Assembly: GCF_009914755.1 (NCBI RefSeq)
Contig: NC_060928.1
DNA length: 64,000 nucleotides
Origin: the human T2T-CHM13v2.0 reference genome, Homo sapiens
Direction: 5' to 3' (one strand)
Of the stretch, positions 14,060 to 27,835 are shown one piece after another. The translations under genes were made by a program, and so were the position numbers. The notes beneath the pieces were generated by a model. That model searched no databases and was not told the origin of the DNA. It saw only the letters and a list, made by a program, of their open reading frames with translations. Position 1 is the stretch's first letter. Each line of letters begins with the position of its first letter.

Positions 14060-14840
14060 AATTGAAGGCAAATTTTAAAAATAATAAAAAGCTGGGGAAA
14101 ATATTTCCAACAAATATAACAAAGAGCTAATAGCCATAAACTATGAAAGCTTTTTACTAATCAATAGGAAATGTACATAGACTCACAGAGAAATATAATG
14201 GCCAATAAATACCAAAAAATTTTCAACCATACTAGAGATATAGAAATGCAAATTAAAACAACAGTAAGATTGATGGCTGGCCCTGGTGGCTCACACCTAT
14301 AATCCCAGCACTTTGGGAGGCATGAAGCAGGAGTATCACTTGAGCCCAGGAGTTCGAGACCAGCCTGGACAATAAAGGAAACCCCTGTCTCTACAAAACA
14401 AACAAACAAAAACAGTAAGACAAGACTCCTCCTATCTCCCCAAAAACAGAAAATTATTTAACTTTGTTAAGAATTAAGAACTTCTATATGGTGAAAAGAA
14501 AGTTTTTAAAAAGCTACAACCCAAGAGATTGGTTGCACATAAATCAATTAGTATCCAAAATATATAAGTAACTCCAGAACATCAATAAGAAAAATACAAA
14601 CAGATCAACAGAAAACAACAAAAGACATGATGGGCATTTCATAGAAAACATGAATAGCAAAACACACAAATATATTCCATATTTTTAGGGAGGAAATATA
14701 AGTTTAAGCCGTTATGAGATACCATTTTATACAAGCCAAGCTGATAGAAATTTAAAGTTTTGATAAGACCAAGTGTTAGTGAGGATGTGGAACAATAGGA
14801 ACTCATACACTACTGATAAGAACGTATATTGGTAAAACAG
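14060..14840 (+). mobile_element. Old L1M ORF2 remnant interrupted by a FLAM
   Basis: A-rich degenerate L1 motifs (gaaatgcaaattaaaacaaca, gaggatgtggaacaataggaactc). Confidence 0.65.
14275..14410 (+). mobile_element. FLAM (free left Alu monomer)
   Basis: Single left arm with (CAAA)n tail; flanking repeat aacagtaaga. Confidence 0.85.
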
Positions 14841-15560
14841 TGAGACAGTATATCATGCCAGTCAGAATGGCGATTATTAAAAAGTCAAAAACAAATGATG
14901 CCGAGGTTGCAGAGAAAAAGGAATGTTTTACACTATTGGTGGGAGTGTAAACTAGTTCAATCATTGTGGAAGACAGTGTGGCAATTCCTCAAAGATCTAG
15001 ATGCAGAAATACCATTTGACCCAGCAATCCCATTACTGGGTATATACCCAAAGGGATATTAATTATTCTGTTATAAAGATACAAGCACACATATGTTCAC
15101 TGCAGCACTTTTTACAATAGCAAAGACATGGAATCAACCCAAATGCCCATCAGTGATAGACTGGATAAAGAAAATGTGGTACATACACACCATGGAATAC
15201 TATGCAGCCATAAAAAGGAATGAGATCATGTCCTTTGCAGGGACATGGATGGAGCTGGAAGCTGCTATCCTCAGCAAACTAACGCAGGAACAGAAAACCA
15301 AACACCGCATGTTCTCACTTATAAGTGGAAGCTGAACAATGAGAACACATAGACACAGGGAGGAGAATACCACATACTGGGGCCTGTGGGGAGAGGGAGA
15401 GTAGGAAGAATAGCTTGCAGATGCTGGGCTTAATACCTAGGTGAAAGGACGATCTGTGCAGCAAACCACCATGGCACACATTTACCTGTGTAACAAACCT
15501 GCACATCCTGCACATGTTCCCCTGACTTAAAAGTAGAAGGAAAAAAAGAAAAAAAAAGAA
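14841..15560 (+). mobile_element. L1PA 3' end (ORF2 C-terminus, 3'UTR, A tail)
   Basis: ORF 15093-15335 is the L1 ORF2 C-terminus (TIAKTWNQPKCPS...WMELE); A tail ~15541-15558. Confidence 0.93.
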
Positions 15561-16392
15561 TGTGTATTGGTAGACAATTCTGTATTATCTAGTGAAGCTG
15601 ATGAAGCTCATACCCCTTGACATAGCAATTTCACTTCTAGAACATAAATACCTTAACCTAAACGCTAGAGAAGCTCAAGAAAACTCTCACCCACGTGCCC
15701 TGGGAGACGTGTTCAAGAAAGTCCTTCACAGCACCGTTTGGATATTATGGTATTCTATTTTAGTAGTGAAAAATGAGTGAACTGCAGAGTATACACATAT
15801 ATTTAGGTGAATCTCAGAAAATATAAGGTTAAAATAGCAAGGCACCCATAATTACATACAGTACAACATCATTGCTATGAAGCTCAAAGACAATAGAAAA
15901 CTAAGCATTATAGTCTCTGGGATTACCTGATATAACAATAAAAGAGCAAATCAAAACAAAAGATTAACACAAACAAAATCCAGGATTTGGTGCAGGAGGA
16001 AGGGGATCCCTATCAAGGAGGATAGACAGGGGCTATCAACTTCATTGCCTTTTTATGTTTTCACATTTATTCGTAAGTTTTGTTTTGTTATGAGTACCTT
16101 CAGCCCTACTAAATATTGACAAACTGCTTTCCAAAGTGATTGCTCCAAATAGTTTAACAAAGCATAGAAGATCCTATTTCCCCACATCATACTCAAAAGT
16201 TGGTATCTCTGGTTTCTTAATTTTTTTTGCCTTTCTGATGGAAGGCATTGCTTAAATTTATGTTCTCCTGACTAATGGTGAGGCTGAAATGGGCATATTT
16301 TCATATCTCTATTGGACTTCTGGACACACAAATGGACCAATTTCCACTTCTGTTAATTACCTGTTCATTTCATTTGCCAATTTTCCTATTGA

Positions 16393-16730
<338 letters not shown>

Positions 16731-17678
16731 CAAATGGCTTTATTATTCATACAGCTTTATAGGGGTTGTGTAAATATTCTAGATCCCAATCTTTTATCAA
16801 TTGCTTGCATAAAGGTATCCTGCTACATACTCTTAAAATTCTTAAAGTTTTGAATTTGACATTTGGATCTTTATCAAGTGATGTAGGGATCTAATGTTTT
16901 TCCTCTTTGGATAGTCGATTTTCCCAGAACCCCTTAAAAACCCATCCTTTCCCTGTTGATTTGTAATATCACTCCTGTGGGATACTGATTTGCATATATC
17001 TAAGAGTCTGTTTCTGGGAATTTATTCCATTTCATTAATATATTCATATATGTCTACACTATTATGACACTATTTTAATTACTATATTTTTATATTAAGT
17101 CTTGCTGTCCAGAACAGCAAACTTCCTTTCTCAAAATTATCTTAGCTATTTTTGGCTCTTTACTCTTTCATACACATTTTAGGATAAGCTTGTAAATTCT
17201 AAAATGCCTTGGGATTTTGATGAACATTGAATTTATAGACTATACTTTTCTAATTAGTATTGCTCATATACAAGAATACTACTGATTTCTTTATGTTAAT
17301 CATGGACCCAGCAACTTTGCTGGACTCTTTTATTAGTTCTACACATTGTTTATCATTTCTCTTGAATTTTCTATGTTAATCATCATCATCTACAAAAAAG
17401 ATTACTTTGTCTTTTTTTATGTTCTCATTTTTTTCATGTCATATTGTATTGCTAAGCTATCCAGTAATTGGTGATAATAGATATCCTTGTCTCATTGTTA
17501 TTTACATAGGCAAAAAATTGGAAAACATCCTAGATGTCTAACAATAGGGAAATCATTGTGAAAATTATGGCATATCTTTATAATAACATTCTGCCATTGA
17601 AAAATTCCATTTTCAAAAACATTTACTTTAAATTATTAAAGTACCCACAATAAAATGCTATGTTTAAAAAAGGCATGA

Positions 17679-18017
<339 letters not shown>

Positions 18018-18036
18018 TTATAAGTCAAATCTATTT

Positions 18037-18093
18037 TATATATATATGTGTATATATGTGTATATATATATGTGTATATATTATATATATATA
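18037..18093. repeat. (TA)n/(TG)n compound microsatellite
   Basis: tatatatatatgtgtatatatgtg... seen directly. Confidence 0.9.
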
Positions 18094-18834
18094 AACTATG
18101 TCTCATGTTTTGTATTATATATGTAACCCGAGCATCTGCAGTTTTCAAGATTTATGGGGCCATGCCTTCCCATAATATCCAGGCATAAATCCATGCTCCA
18201 TTCTACAGGACTACAAGAAATCTGGCCCTTTCTGCAATTATGTCTGATCTTCAGAGTGCCCTGGTTTTTGTTTCCCACAGTTCTTGCTCAGTAGCTGCCC
18301 CAGGCTTCTTCTTCAGTCACTTTTGCCTGTTTCGTCATTCCTTCCATATGCAATTCCCCCTCTTTTCAGTCCAGCGAAGCCCCAAACATGGAAACAACCC
18401 ACCACTGTTTTATTCTTCAGAGACCAGCTAACAGGGGCCTCTCATGGTTTAATAAGTTTAAATATGGCTTGAGGATAGCATAGCCAGATTACAAGGCAAG
18501 AAAGGAAAACATCAAATTGGAATTAATGTATCATTGCTCTTAAAATCCACTGGCCATGTGTGTTCACAGGGAGTCATGTCCATCCTTCCTCCTTAGCTCC
18601 TGGCCTCTGGCCCGCTGCCACGTTGAGAGGCACACTTTTCCCAACTATAGTTTCCTTTTATTCTCTCTCTCCTCCCCTCGTTCCTCCACCCCTACCCCTA
18701 GGAGAGCACCCTTGTATTTAAACATGCTAAAGGAATCCAAATAATGCCAGCAAATATAACTATGATTTTTACAGCCAGCCCACAGCAAAGACAGCCTTTA
18801 CCTTACTAAACACCTCAATTAACATCTCTGTCTA

Positions 18835-19025
18835 AAGAAGGAGCACAGACTCTGGAGTTGGGATGTCCAGGTTCACATCCCAGCTCCACCACTTACCATT
18901 TGTGACTTCAGGCAAGTTGTTTATCTTCTCTGTGTCTTGGTTTCCTCATCTGCAAAATGGGGATAATAGTAAAACATACCATATAGTGTTATTGTGAGGA
19001 TTAAACAGGATCATGCATTTTAAAT
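18835..19025 (+). mobile_element. MIR SINE
   Basis: cagctccaccacttacc...ggcaagtt...tttcctcatctgcaaaatggggataatag. Confidence 0.8.
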
Positions 19026-20229
19026 AGGACATATTTTAGTGTATATGGTAAACAGCCGTTTCTATTAGGATGACCATGCATTAGGACTAGTAACAATATA
19101 GTAAAAGTTGAGGTTGTGGAATTACATTACCAATATTCAGGGCTACAGTATGAAAAAAAACCTCTTGTTTAACTTGTATCAATATTACTGGATATGCTTA
19201 TCAGAGTAACTCTTCTGAAAAGAGGGAATCTGCCCCTGAAATAAATTCTAGCCTATAGCATTAGGGCCACAAAGAATTTACAAATATTCTCAGAACCTCT
19301 GCAAAATAAATATGTACCAATCTGAAAAGAAAATATTGAATTAGATATGCCAAGATACTGACAGCAGTTATTTCTGATTAGTGTAATTATAGATTTTTAA
19401 AAATTTTTATCTGAACACTTCTGAGTGTTTTCTCCACACTGACCATCTACATGGCTTTTATAATATGGAAAAATAAGAACGTTACAAAAGAGGGAAGGAA
19501 AGCCTTCTTCTACATCCATACCAGATAAGACAGTTTCATAGAATTTGTTGAATTAACAAAACTCTGCAATGAAATGGTAGCCCAAGCTTGAATAAAGAGA
19601 ACATTTATTTGAGTATTTAGTCCTGGGAGAGCCTGGCTATTGTACGGCCATGTTGCTGCTCTGTGAGTGGACTGTGAGCTTTTCAGCTGCTGCCTTTCAA
19701 TATATATAATTAGAGTTCTGTTCCCATGGGGGAGAGACAGGTCTTAACATGAACTTCTAGTTGATACCAGACCCTCATCTCCATTTGCAGTTTACGTGTG
19801 TAGCATTTGTCCTCATCTTAAGAGTGAGTCATAAAAGTGCTTCAGTAAAATCTGACGTCAGTTGTCTAAAACCACAGTGTTACCACTCCCAAGTTTGTTA
19901 TGGCCTCAATGTATTTACATAGCAGAAGGGACTTTAAGATCCAGTTAGAGGTTAATGGCAAATGTCCTCTGCCCTCAGAAATACAACAATGAAGATGAAT
20001 CAGAGGCTTTTGATTTTGAATTAGACCTAACATTCTTGGAAAAATTTGCTTTTGGGTATTTATTCCATCCTATTACTCCTTGAAAAGAAAAGGGCAAAGC
20101 TTTTCCTTTTTTTTTTAGTTTTTTTTTTTTTGGTCACAGAATAGAATCCTGGGATACCTGATAACAAAGGCTGATGAACGGCAGGCAGATCATAAACTCA
20201 CGCAAACATGGTAGTTGGACAGGGATGAA

Positions 20230-20500
20230 CATTTTCCAAAGTGTGTTCCTCAGGGGCGTTGTATGAAATGCTCTTCAAGAAACGGATTCCATGTTTACAC
20301 CTGAGTAAAAAGCACTGCATGTCCTTTTTCTTGGAGATATAGAAAGCATAGCAAAGGCCTACACAATTCTGCAGGAGCCTGTTTAAATTTGTTAAACTAA
20401 CATCTTTGTCTAACTATATTTCATTAAGAAGCTCTATTCCAGACTCTTCTCAACATCTTCTAGCACTTAGGTTTCACAGTACACACTCTGAGAAACATTG
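20230..20500. mobile_element. hAT-Charlie-like MITE
   Basis: Inverted-terminal-like ends ttccaaagtgtgttcc ... acacactctgagaaacattg. Confidence 0.5.
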
Positions 20501-20651
20501 ACTGGACAATTAATACCTTTGGGAAATCACACAAATACCTTACCAACATGCAGACATGTTTTATTTTGTTTTGTTTTGGTTTTTGTTTAATTGTTAGACC
20601 TTTTTAAAATTCTTGATGGCCAGTCACAAGAATGGTAACAAAATCAGTTGG

Positions 20652-20954
20652 AGCTGGGCACAGTGGCTCACACCTGTAATTCTAGCACTTTGGGAGGCCA
20701 AGGTGGGCGGATTGGCTGAGCTCAGGAGTTCAAGACCAGCCTAGGCAACATGGCAAGACCCCATCTCTACTAAAGTATAAAAAAATTAGCCAGGCATGGT
20801 GGCACACACCTGTAGCCCCAGCTATTCAGGAGGCTGAAGCAGGAGAATCGCGTGAACCCGGAAGGCAGAGGTTGCAGTGAGCCGAAATCACACTCTAGCC
20901 TGGGCAACAGAGCACGACTCTGTCTCCAAAGATAAAAATTTAAGAATAATAATA
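20652..20954 (+). mobile_element. AluS element
   Basis: Full Alu; TSD aaaatcagttgg at ~20640 and ~20955. Confidence 0.93.
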
Positions 20955-21605
20955 AAATCAGTTGGGACTTGCATCTGGAACTATGACAGCAGGAAGTGGA
21001 GGATCAGGTGAGTTAAGGGCCAGGGAGCTATGGCTGAGAGTAAACATGGCTGAAACTCACTAGACCTCTTTATTCAAGATCTAATTCTCCTAAGAAATTT
21101 CCAGTGGAAAGTAGTGCTTTCATCAGGAACACTGTCAAGAATATGGTGCAAGCACTTAGGTTTCAGTGATGGAATAATAATACCCCCAAATAAGACTTGT
21201 ATTGCAGTCAAGAGACAGAATATTGAAGAAAAGTAGTTTCCATATTTAACTTTCTTTCTCTCACCTTCCCTCAGCACTCAGGAGGGAAAGTGTCAAACCT
21301 CATATGCAAAAATCTCAGGCACTGCACCATGGGCAAATATTTCCATGGGGCTGGTGGGCCTCAGCTCATTTTATAAAACACATATCCACCTTAATCTGAA
21401 TTTGAGAGAACGGGCAACTACCAGTGGGTTAGTACTGAAAAAGTGCCATCAGACAGTCTACCCTAATAGACGAAGTAAACAATAGAATACATTTCAGAAA
21501 GGTGGTGAAGGAACTCTCGTGAATTCTGATCTCCCTGGTTCTCTAGACTCAAGAGTCTACTCTAGTCTCAAGGATTATCTTGTTTTGTGTATCAAAAGAG
21601 TATTC

Positions 21606-21995
21606 TGGATAAAGAAAATGTGGTGCATATACACCATGGAATACTATACAGCCATAAAAAAGGAATGAGATCATGTCCTTTGCAGGGACATGGATGAAGC
21701 TAGAAGCCATAATCCTCAGCAAACTAACATGGGAACAGAAAACCAAACACCACATGTCCTCACTTATAAGTGGGAGCTGAACAATGAGAACACATGAACA
21801 CAAGGAGGGGAACAACACACACTGGGGCCTCTCAAGGGGTCGGGGGCAAGGGGAAGGAGAGCATTAGGACAAATACCTAATGCATGTGGGGCTTAAAACC
21901 TAGATGACAGGTTGATAGGTGCAGCAAACCACAATGGCACACCTTTGTCTATGTAACAAACCTGCACGTTCTGCACATGTATCCCGGAACTTAAC
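21606..21995 (+). mobile_element. 5'-truncated L1PA 3' end
   Basis: ggataaagaaaatgtgg...gtaacaaacctgcacgttctgcacatgtatccc; flanking repeat agagtatt. Confidence 0.92.
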
Positions 21996-22547
21996 ATTTT
22001 TTTAAAGGAGAGTATTTAATATATGCCGTTGTATTTTTTTGTTTTGAGAATCTTTTGAATAGGAAAAAATCAGCCTTATCTAAATTCTTAGTTTATCTTT
22101 GTAAAAAAAAAAAAAAAGTAAGGTAAGAAACTATCTTTTGCTTTTGTGAACCATTTAATAAACCATTTTGGTAGTCTTAGTAAGACAATTGCAGTAGTTC
22201 CCAGTTTGAATATCATTGATCTTCATCCTCTTGTATAGAATTTAAGAATTATTTTTGATGCTTTGAATTGAACCGGTATGTCAATCAGCGTACATCTATG
22301 TGAGTCATAGAAGATAAGTATGAGTAACCTGAATGAGGAGACCATTGAACAACCTCACAATCTCATCTTCTCTAGTATCTGTCAGAAAAGGGCTCAATAA
22401 AAACAGTGAGATTACTAATAGCTCTAAAGTTACTACTGTATGATTTACTGCCTGTCATAAAAAACAACACGAGGATAGGCAATCTTGAATTCCCTTTCTC
22501 CCAGAATATCTATAGCAGTAAATCTGTTGCCTTTCCAACATTTATTC

Positions 22548-23025
22548 TATGGCAGTTGTTGAGATGGAATTAACCCCTCCATCAGCTCCAGGGCTGGGCT
22601 CTGATTGCTGTAATCCAGCAAATTAATCTCACCCTCTTGCCATAAGTATTGGTTCAAGTAACCCAGGTTTAAGCCAATCAATGTTCCAATCAGCAGGAAT
22701 CTCAGAACTTTTGTTAGAGTTAAGGAAAGCATTCTTTTTTTTTTTCTGGATAATTAAGAGGAAGCACATGGATCTAACTGTACTGACAGATATCCTGTAA
22801 CTTTAAAGGGCCCAGCCTTAGGGTGAAGCCCACATTGTAGCTAGCAGATGCAGATAAAAAGATGGAAGAAACAGAGTCCACAAGGACATTATTGAGCTCC
22901 AAACTAACCACCTTTGGAACTCACACCACTATGGTTTCATAAAACCTTGTAAATTTCCTTATTGCTGAATTCAATGTCAGACAGTTTTTCCATCACTTGC
23001 AATGGAAAGTATCCCAATTGAGACA
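22548..23025 (+). mobile_element. Old MLT1-family MaLR LTR
   Basis: Degenerate MLT1 motifs (aagccaatca, tcacttgcaa..aaagtatccc). Confidence 0.5.
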
Positions 23026-23166
23026 GAAATATTAGGCTATGTTTCTGCCACAGAATCACATTAAAATAAGCATAGATACTTTTAATTCCATCCTGGGTGG
23101 TACTTAGATTTGAGGTTTCAATATATATATATTATTATGTTTATTTCAATGTGAGAATATAATTGG

Positions 23167-23581
23167 TGTGTTAGGCCATTCTTATGTTGCTATAAAGAGT
23201 TATCTGAGGCTGGGTAATTATAAAGAAAAGAGGTTTAATTGGCTTATGGTTCTGCAGGCTGTACAGGAAGCCTGGTGTTGGTGTCTGCTTCTGGTAAGGC
23301 CTCAGGAAGTTTCCAGTCATGGCGGTAGGCGACAGGGAACCAGCATGTCACGTGGCCAGAGAGGGAGCAAGAGGGAGGGGGAGGTCCCAGACACTTAAAC
23401 AACCAGATCTCACACAAACTAATTGAGCGAGGACTCATGTATCACTAAGGAAATGGTGTTTAACCACTTAGGAGAGATCTGCCCCCATGATCTAACCACC
23501 TCCCACCAGGACCCCAATTCCAACACTGGCAATCATATTTCAACCTGAGATTTGGAGGGGACACACATTCAGATTGTTTCC
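23167..23581 (-). mobile_element. MSTA/B MaLR solo LTR
   Basis: tgtgttaggccattctt...aagaaaagaggtttaattggct...gagatttggaggggaca; 5-bp TSD attgg. Confidence 0.9.
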
Positions 23582-26139
23582 ATTGGTTTTGTAGTTTTTC
23601 CTTAGTAACACTTTCCCACATTTAATAGCATTCGTTTACCCTTTCTTCTTATTTATTGTTCTCCAGTACCAACCTCCTGACTTTCCCATCTAGGAGGAAA
23701 TAAAAACAAGAGGAAGCAGTTTGATAACTCTTTTTAAGTCAACACCTCTCAGTTTACATGTGACTTACATAAACATTTAAGTCCAGTTACCCCTTGGGCT
23801 AACTGAGTAATGAGAAATAGTTGTGCCTCAGCACAATTTTGTTAAGAGACAAAAAAACAAACCAAAAGGTGGCCAATTGTGGTCAAATCCAAATTCATGG
23901 TTCCCCCCACAAATCTAACATTGTATTATATTTCTTTGACTTTTAAAAACTATATCACTTCCTCAGTTGACCTTTCCTGGAGATGGGGGACCAACTGATA
24001 TGAAAAATACTATAATATTTAATTTTCAAATATTAAATCCTGGATGAAAAGAGCCTCTATAGGCAGTCTTTTCATGGATCTTTTGGAAAACACAATATAG
24101 TTTTCCTTCTCCCAGCCACAAGACAAGCCTTCAGTTGACAATATTTGGGCTAAAATATCAGAAAAACGAATTGCTGTGCATAAGAGGACACATAAGTACT
24201 TAACCCAGAGAGATTCATACTATTTACTTCAAAACCAAGGTGATTCCCTTCGGCAACCTGTGCTAGAATCGGTAGGCTAAAGGGCACAGTTAGAGAGAGG
24301 TTAAAAGAGTTATTTCTACTTGGTGACTAACCACATTTGATTGTCTTAAGTGCATCTGGCTTCTAGAGTGTGCTTTTATTTCAGATGATTATGAATGTTC
24401 CAAGTGGACTCATTGCAGCCACCTGGCTTAAGGACTGTAAGGCACTTCGAAAATCAAATTTCAGGAGAGAAGATTGATTTGAGAAACAATGAACAAGGAG
24501 AAATCTTCCCTTTGCAGAGCTGCTGTGTGTCAAAGTTTATCCTCATTATATTATGGTGGGAAGAAAAGAACAAATTAAGACATTTAACTGCTTAAAATTT
24601 GAGACCCAATTGCATTTAACACCACAAATCTTGTTACTGGACCTGTGGGCTTACCTTCTCCCTATGTGAAGTCTGGTATGTGTTAGCAAATCACATTTTT
24701 AAAAATCAGAGAATGGATCTGGGCTAAGTGGATAATCACTGTTCACGTTCCCCGTCAGATAAGAGAAGATCCTGTAGAATCCAAAGAGTTTTTAAATTAG
24801 ATCAAAAGTCCCTATAAGGAGAAATACCTTAAAATTACCTTCTTACCTGGCCACCATTGCTAGCACTAGCACACTTTAAATTAATAGCAACCACGTGATG
24901 GCAGAATTTCTAACTTTTAACATAAGGGGCCACTCAAACCTTCAAACTACCCTTTCAAAATTGGCATCCATAATGAAAGAACCATTAAGGGCTTAGTGAT
25001 GTTCCAAGAACTCTTCTTCAAGAAAAATAAATAAATAAAGAGAGAGAAGGAAAAAAAATTGGCTCCTTTTCTTTGGCCAGTAACCCACATTTTAATTGAA
25101 TTTTGATGAGATGATGGATGTTGTACTGTATTCCAAGTCTATATGCTAAATTAACAAGGCTGTCTGCTTAGTTTCCTCTTTTGAAGGCACATTGAGATGA
25201 GCGTCTGCTAATTCTCTTACATAAAGCATGATGAGGATGTCTCAAATTCCTGTTTAGTGCCTGGAATCACCCATTTTCTCCAAGCTGGTTTCATGCTGAA
25301 ACAAAACTATCTGGTTTAAGGAAAAACTCCAAGCAGAATCATGTTCAATCAGCCGGGAGGAATAAATCTCAGTATTTCAAAGGCATCTGCTAAAGCATTT
25401 AAAACTTTCTAACCATATTTTAAAAGACTTATTTGTGCATCTCTTTACAGTAAGGACATGTCTCCAGTGCTAAATGCAGGCAGTTCATGCTTGGCTACAA
25501 AATAAGAGTGATGAATGGCATGATCAAGAAAAATAGGTAATTTCAGCAAATTTTGGCACACAATTATTCATTCTCTTCCCAGTCTTTCTGCTTTTACAAA
25601 ACTTGGTAGTTAAACTCTATAACTCAAGCTTTCTATTTATTCTGAATAATTTCAAAGCCACAGACTTGAATGTTGACCACTCCCTAGAAATATGAAGGCT
25701 CAGGGAAGGGATCGATTATTGCTATTTGGAGTTTTCGCATTTTGGCATAATGGTTATTTTACTTTTTAAATGTCTAGATATAGTAGGCCTGCCTATTTAC
25801 CAAAAATAATATCTAAGTTGGTTCATCACTCTGGCACCAAAAAATAGCACACTAAAGGGGAACTATCTACCACCTATAGGCTGGAGGAGTCAGATACACA
25901 GTTATTCATTAGAGAAGCCAAAAAAAAAAAAATGTAGGGTGGGCTTGAAGCATGGCTGCCACAAGGTTCCCAGGTGACCATGGGCTTGGGTTTGCTCTAG
26001 GAGAAACTGACCTCCAGGCATCCTGAGAACCACGTATGCCTCCTCATATGTATCTTGGTCCAGACCTCCTTTGAAATAGACCAGGCACCAAGAGCGTTTG
26101 TAGTCCATTCACCCTATGATATCCCCTTTGGTGTGATAC

Positions 26140-26660
26140 TGTTATGGGTTGAGTGGTGTCTTCCTTCCCCTCAAATTCATGTGTTGAAGTCCCAATCCCC
26201 CGTACCTAAGAAAGCAACCTTATTTGGAAAAAGGGTTGTTGCAGATATAGTTAGTTAAGCTGAGGTCTTACTGAAGTAGAGTGGGCCCCTCTAATCCAGT
26301 GTGACTAGTGGTCTTCATAAAAAGGGGAAATTTGGACACAGATATATGCAAACAGGGAGATGTACATTTTGACAGGGATGTATGCACACATTGGACACAG
26401 ATATATGCACACATATAAAGATGGATGCAGAGATCGAGGTGATACTTCTACGAGCCAAAGAATGCCAAGGATTGCCAGCAAACCACTGGAAGCTAGAGTA
26501 TGGGCACATCGCAGGTTCTTTCTCATAGCTCAGAAAGAACCAACAGTGTCAACATCTTGATATCAGACTTCTAGCCCTCAGAACTGTGAGATAATAAATT
26601 TCTGTTTAAGCCACCCAGTTTGTAGTTCTTTGTCATGGCAGCCCCGGCAAACTAATATAC
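26140..26660 (+). mobile_element. MLT1B/C MaLR solo LTR
   Basis: tgttatgggttga...gccaaggattgccagcaaacc...gaactgtgagataataaatttct...aaactaatatac. Confidence 0.88.
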
Positions 26661-27399
26661 TAACCCAAGCTCTTGTATTCAAATACCCCAACAGAACTTA
26701 CGGTTCAAATGTAGATGTCAGACACTTTTATCTTCAGTGAAGATCTAATTTGTCTGTTTGGTGTAAAGGAAAGATATAAAGCAATATAACCAGAAAGCCA
26801 AACCCTATTCTTGAGAATATGAACTATCATTGGCATTTAATTGAAAACAAGAACCTAAACCTCATTTGTGGCTGATGTTTGCACGTATCATCAGAGATTA
26901 GGTAAATTACTTCTTCTCTGGATCTTATCTCCCTCAAGTGTATGATGGCAGGCTTAGGCAGAATAATTGCTAAGAGCCCTTCCACTTCAACATTCTACTA
27001 ATTATTATGTTGTTAATTCTTGTAAAACAATTCTTGATGCAAAACATTTTTCAGGACCATAAAAATAAAAGTTCACACATATTCCTACCACCCAGAGAAA
27101 ACAGCTCTAAAATTTCCGGCATATATACTGCAGCATCTTAATTTGATAAATAACTGTATCTCAAATGTTTATTTGCATCTAACATACTTTCAAAGAGGAT
27201 TGGCACAGCTTGCATAAATGCCTAATATGAAAACAAAACTGGAATAAGGTTAAAAGTAGATAGGCTTTGTAATGAATGCAGGAAGCTCATTGGCCAGAAA
27301 CAATAATGTTAACAAGAATGGCTGCAGATGATCACCAATAGGTAGTTTATCATGGAAGGGGCTTTGCCTATGTGTCTGCCCCATATCCTTTTTAAAAAT

Positions 27400-27520
27400 A
27401 AGATAGCATTATTCTTATCTCCGTTTTATAGACGCAGAACCTGAGGCAGAGAGCTGAAATAGGTCACCCAAGGTTACACAGCTAGTAAGTGAGAGAATCA
27501 GGAATTAGACTCAAGCAGTT
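27400..27520 (-). mobile_element. MIR SINE
   Basis: ttttatagacgcagaacctgaggcagagag...cccaaggttacacagctagtaagt. Confidence 0.75.
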
Positions 27521-27522
27521 CT

Positions 27523-27835
27523 GTTTTGTTTTTTATTTGTTCTTGTTTTCTTTATTTAGAGACCAACTCTCACTATTGTCACTCAGACTGGAGTGCAGTG
27601 CACAATCATAATTCACCACAGCCTTGAACTTCTGGGCTTGAGCGATCCTCCTGCCTCAGCCTCCCAAGTAGCTGGGACTACAGGCATGCACCACCGGGCA
27701 TGTCTAAATTTTTTTTAGAGACAGGGTCTTGCTGTATTGCCCAGGCTGGTCTCAAACACCTGGAGTCAAGCAATCCTCCTGCCTCAACCTCCCAAAGCAC
27801 TGTGATTACAGGTGTGAGCAACCACACACCTGCCC
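27523..27835 (-). mobile_element. AluJ-like element
   Basis: Antisense Alu arms with AluJ diagnostics. Confidence 0.9.

Noticed and set aside
15093-15335. 80-aa ORF with a real protein-like sequence
   Set aside because: C-terminal fragment of L1 ORF2 in a 5'-truncated, non-autonomous copy
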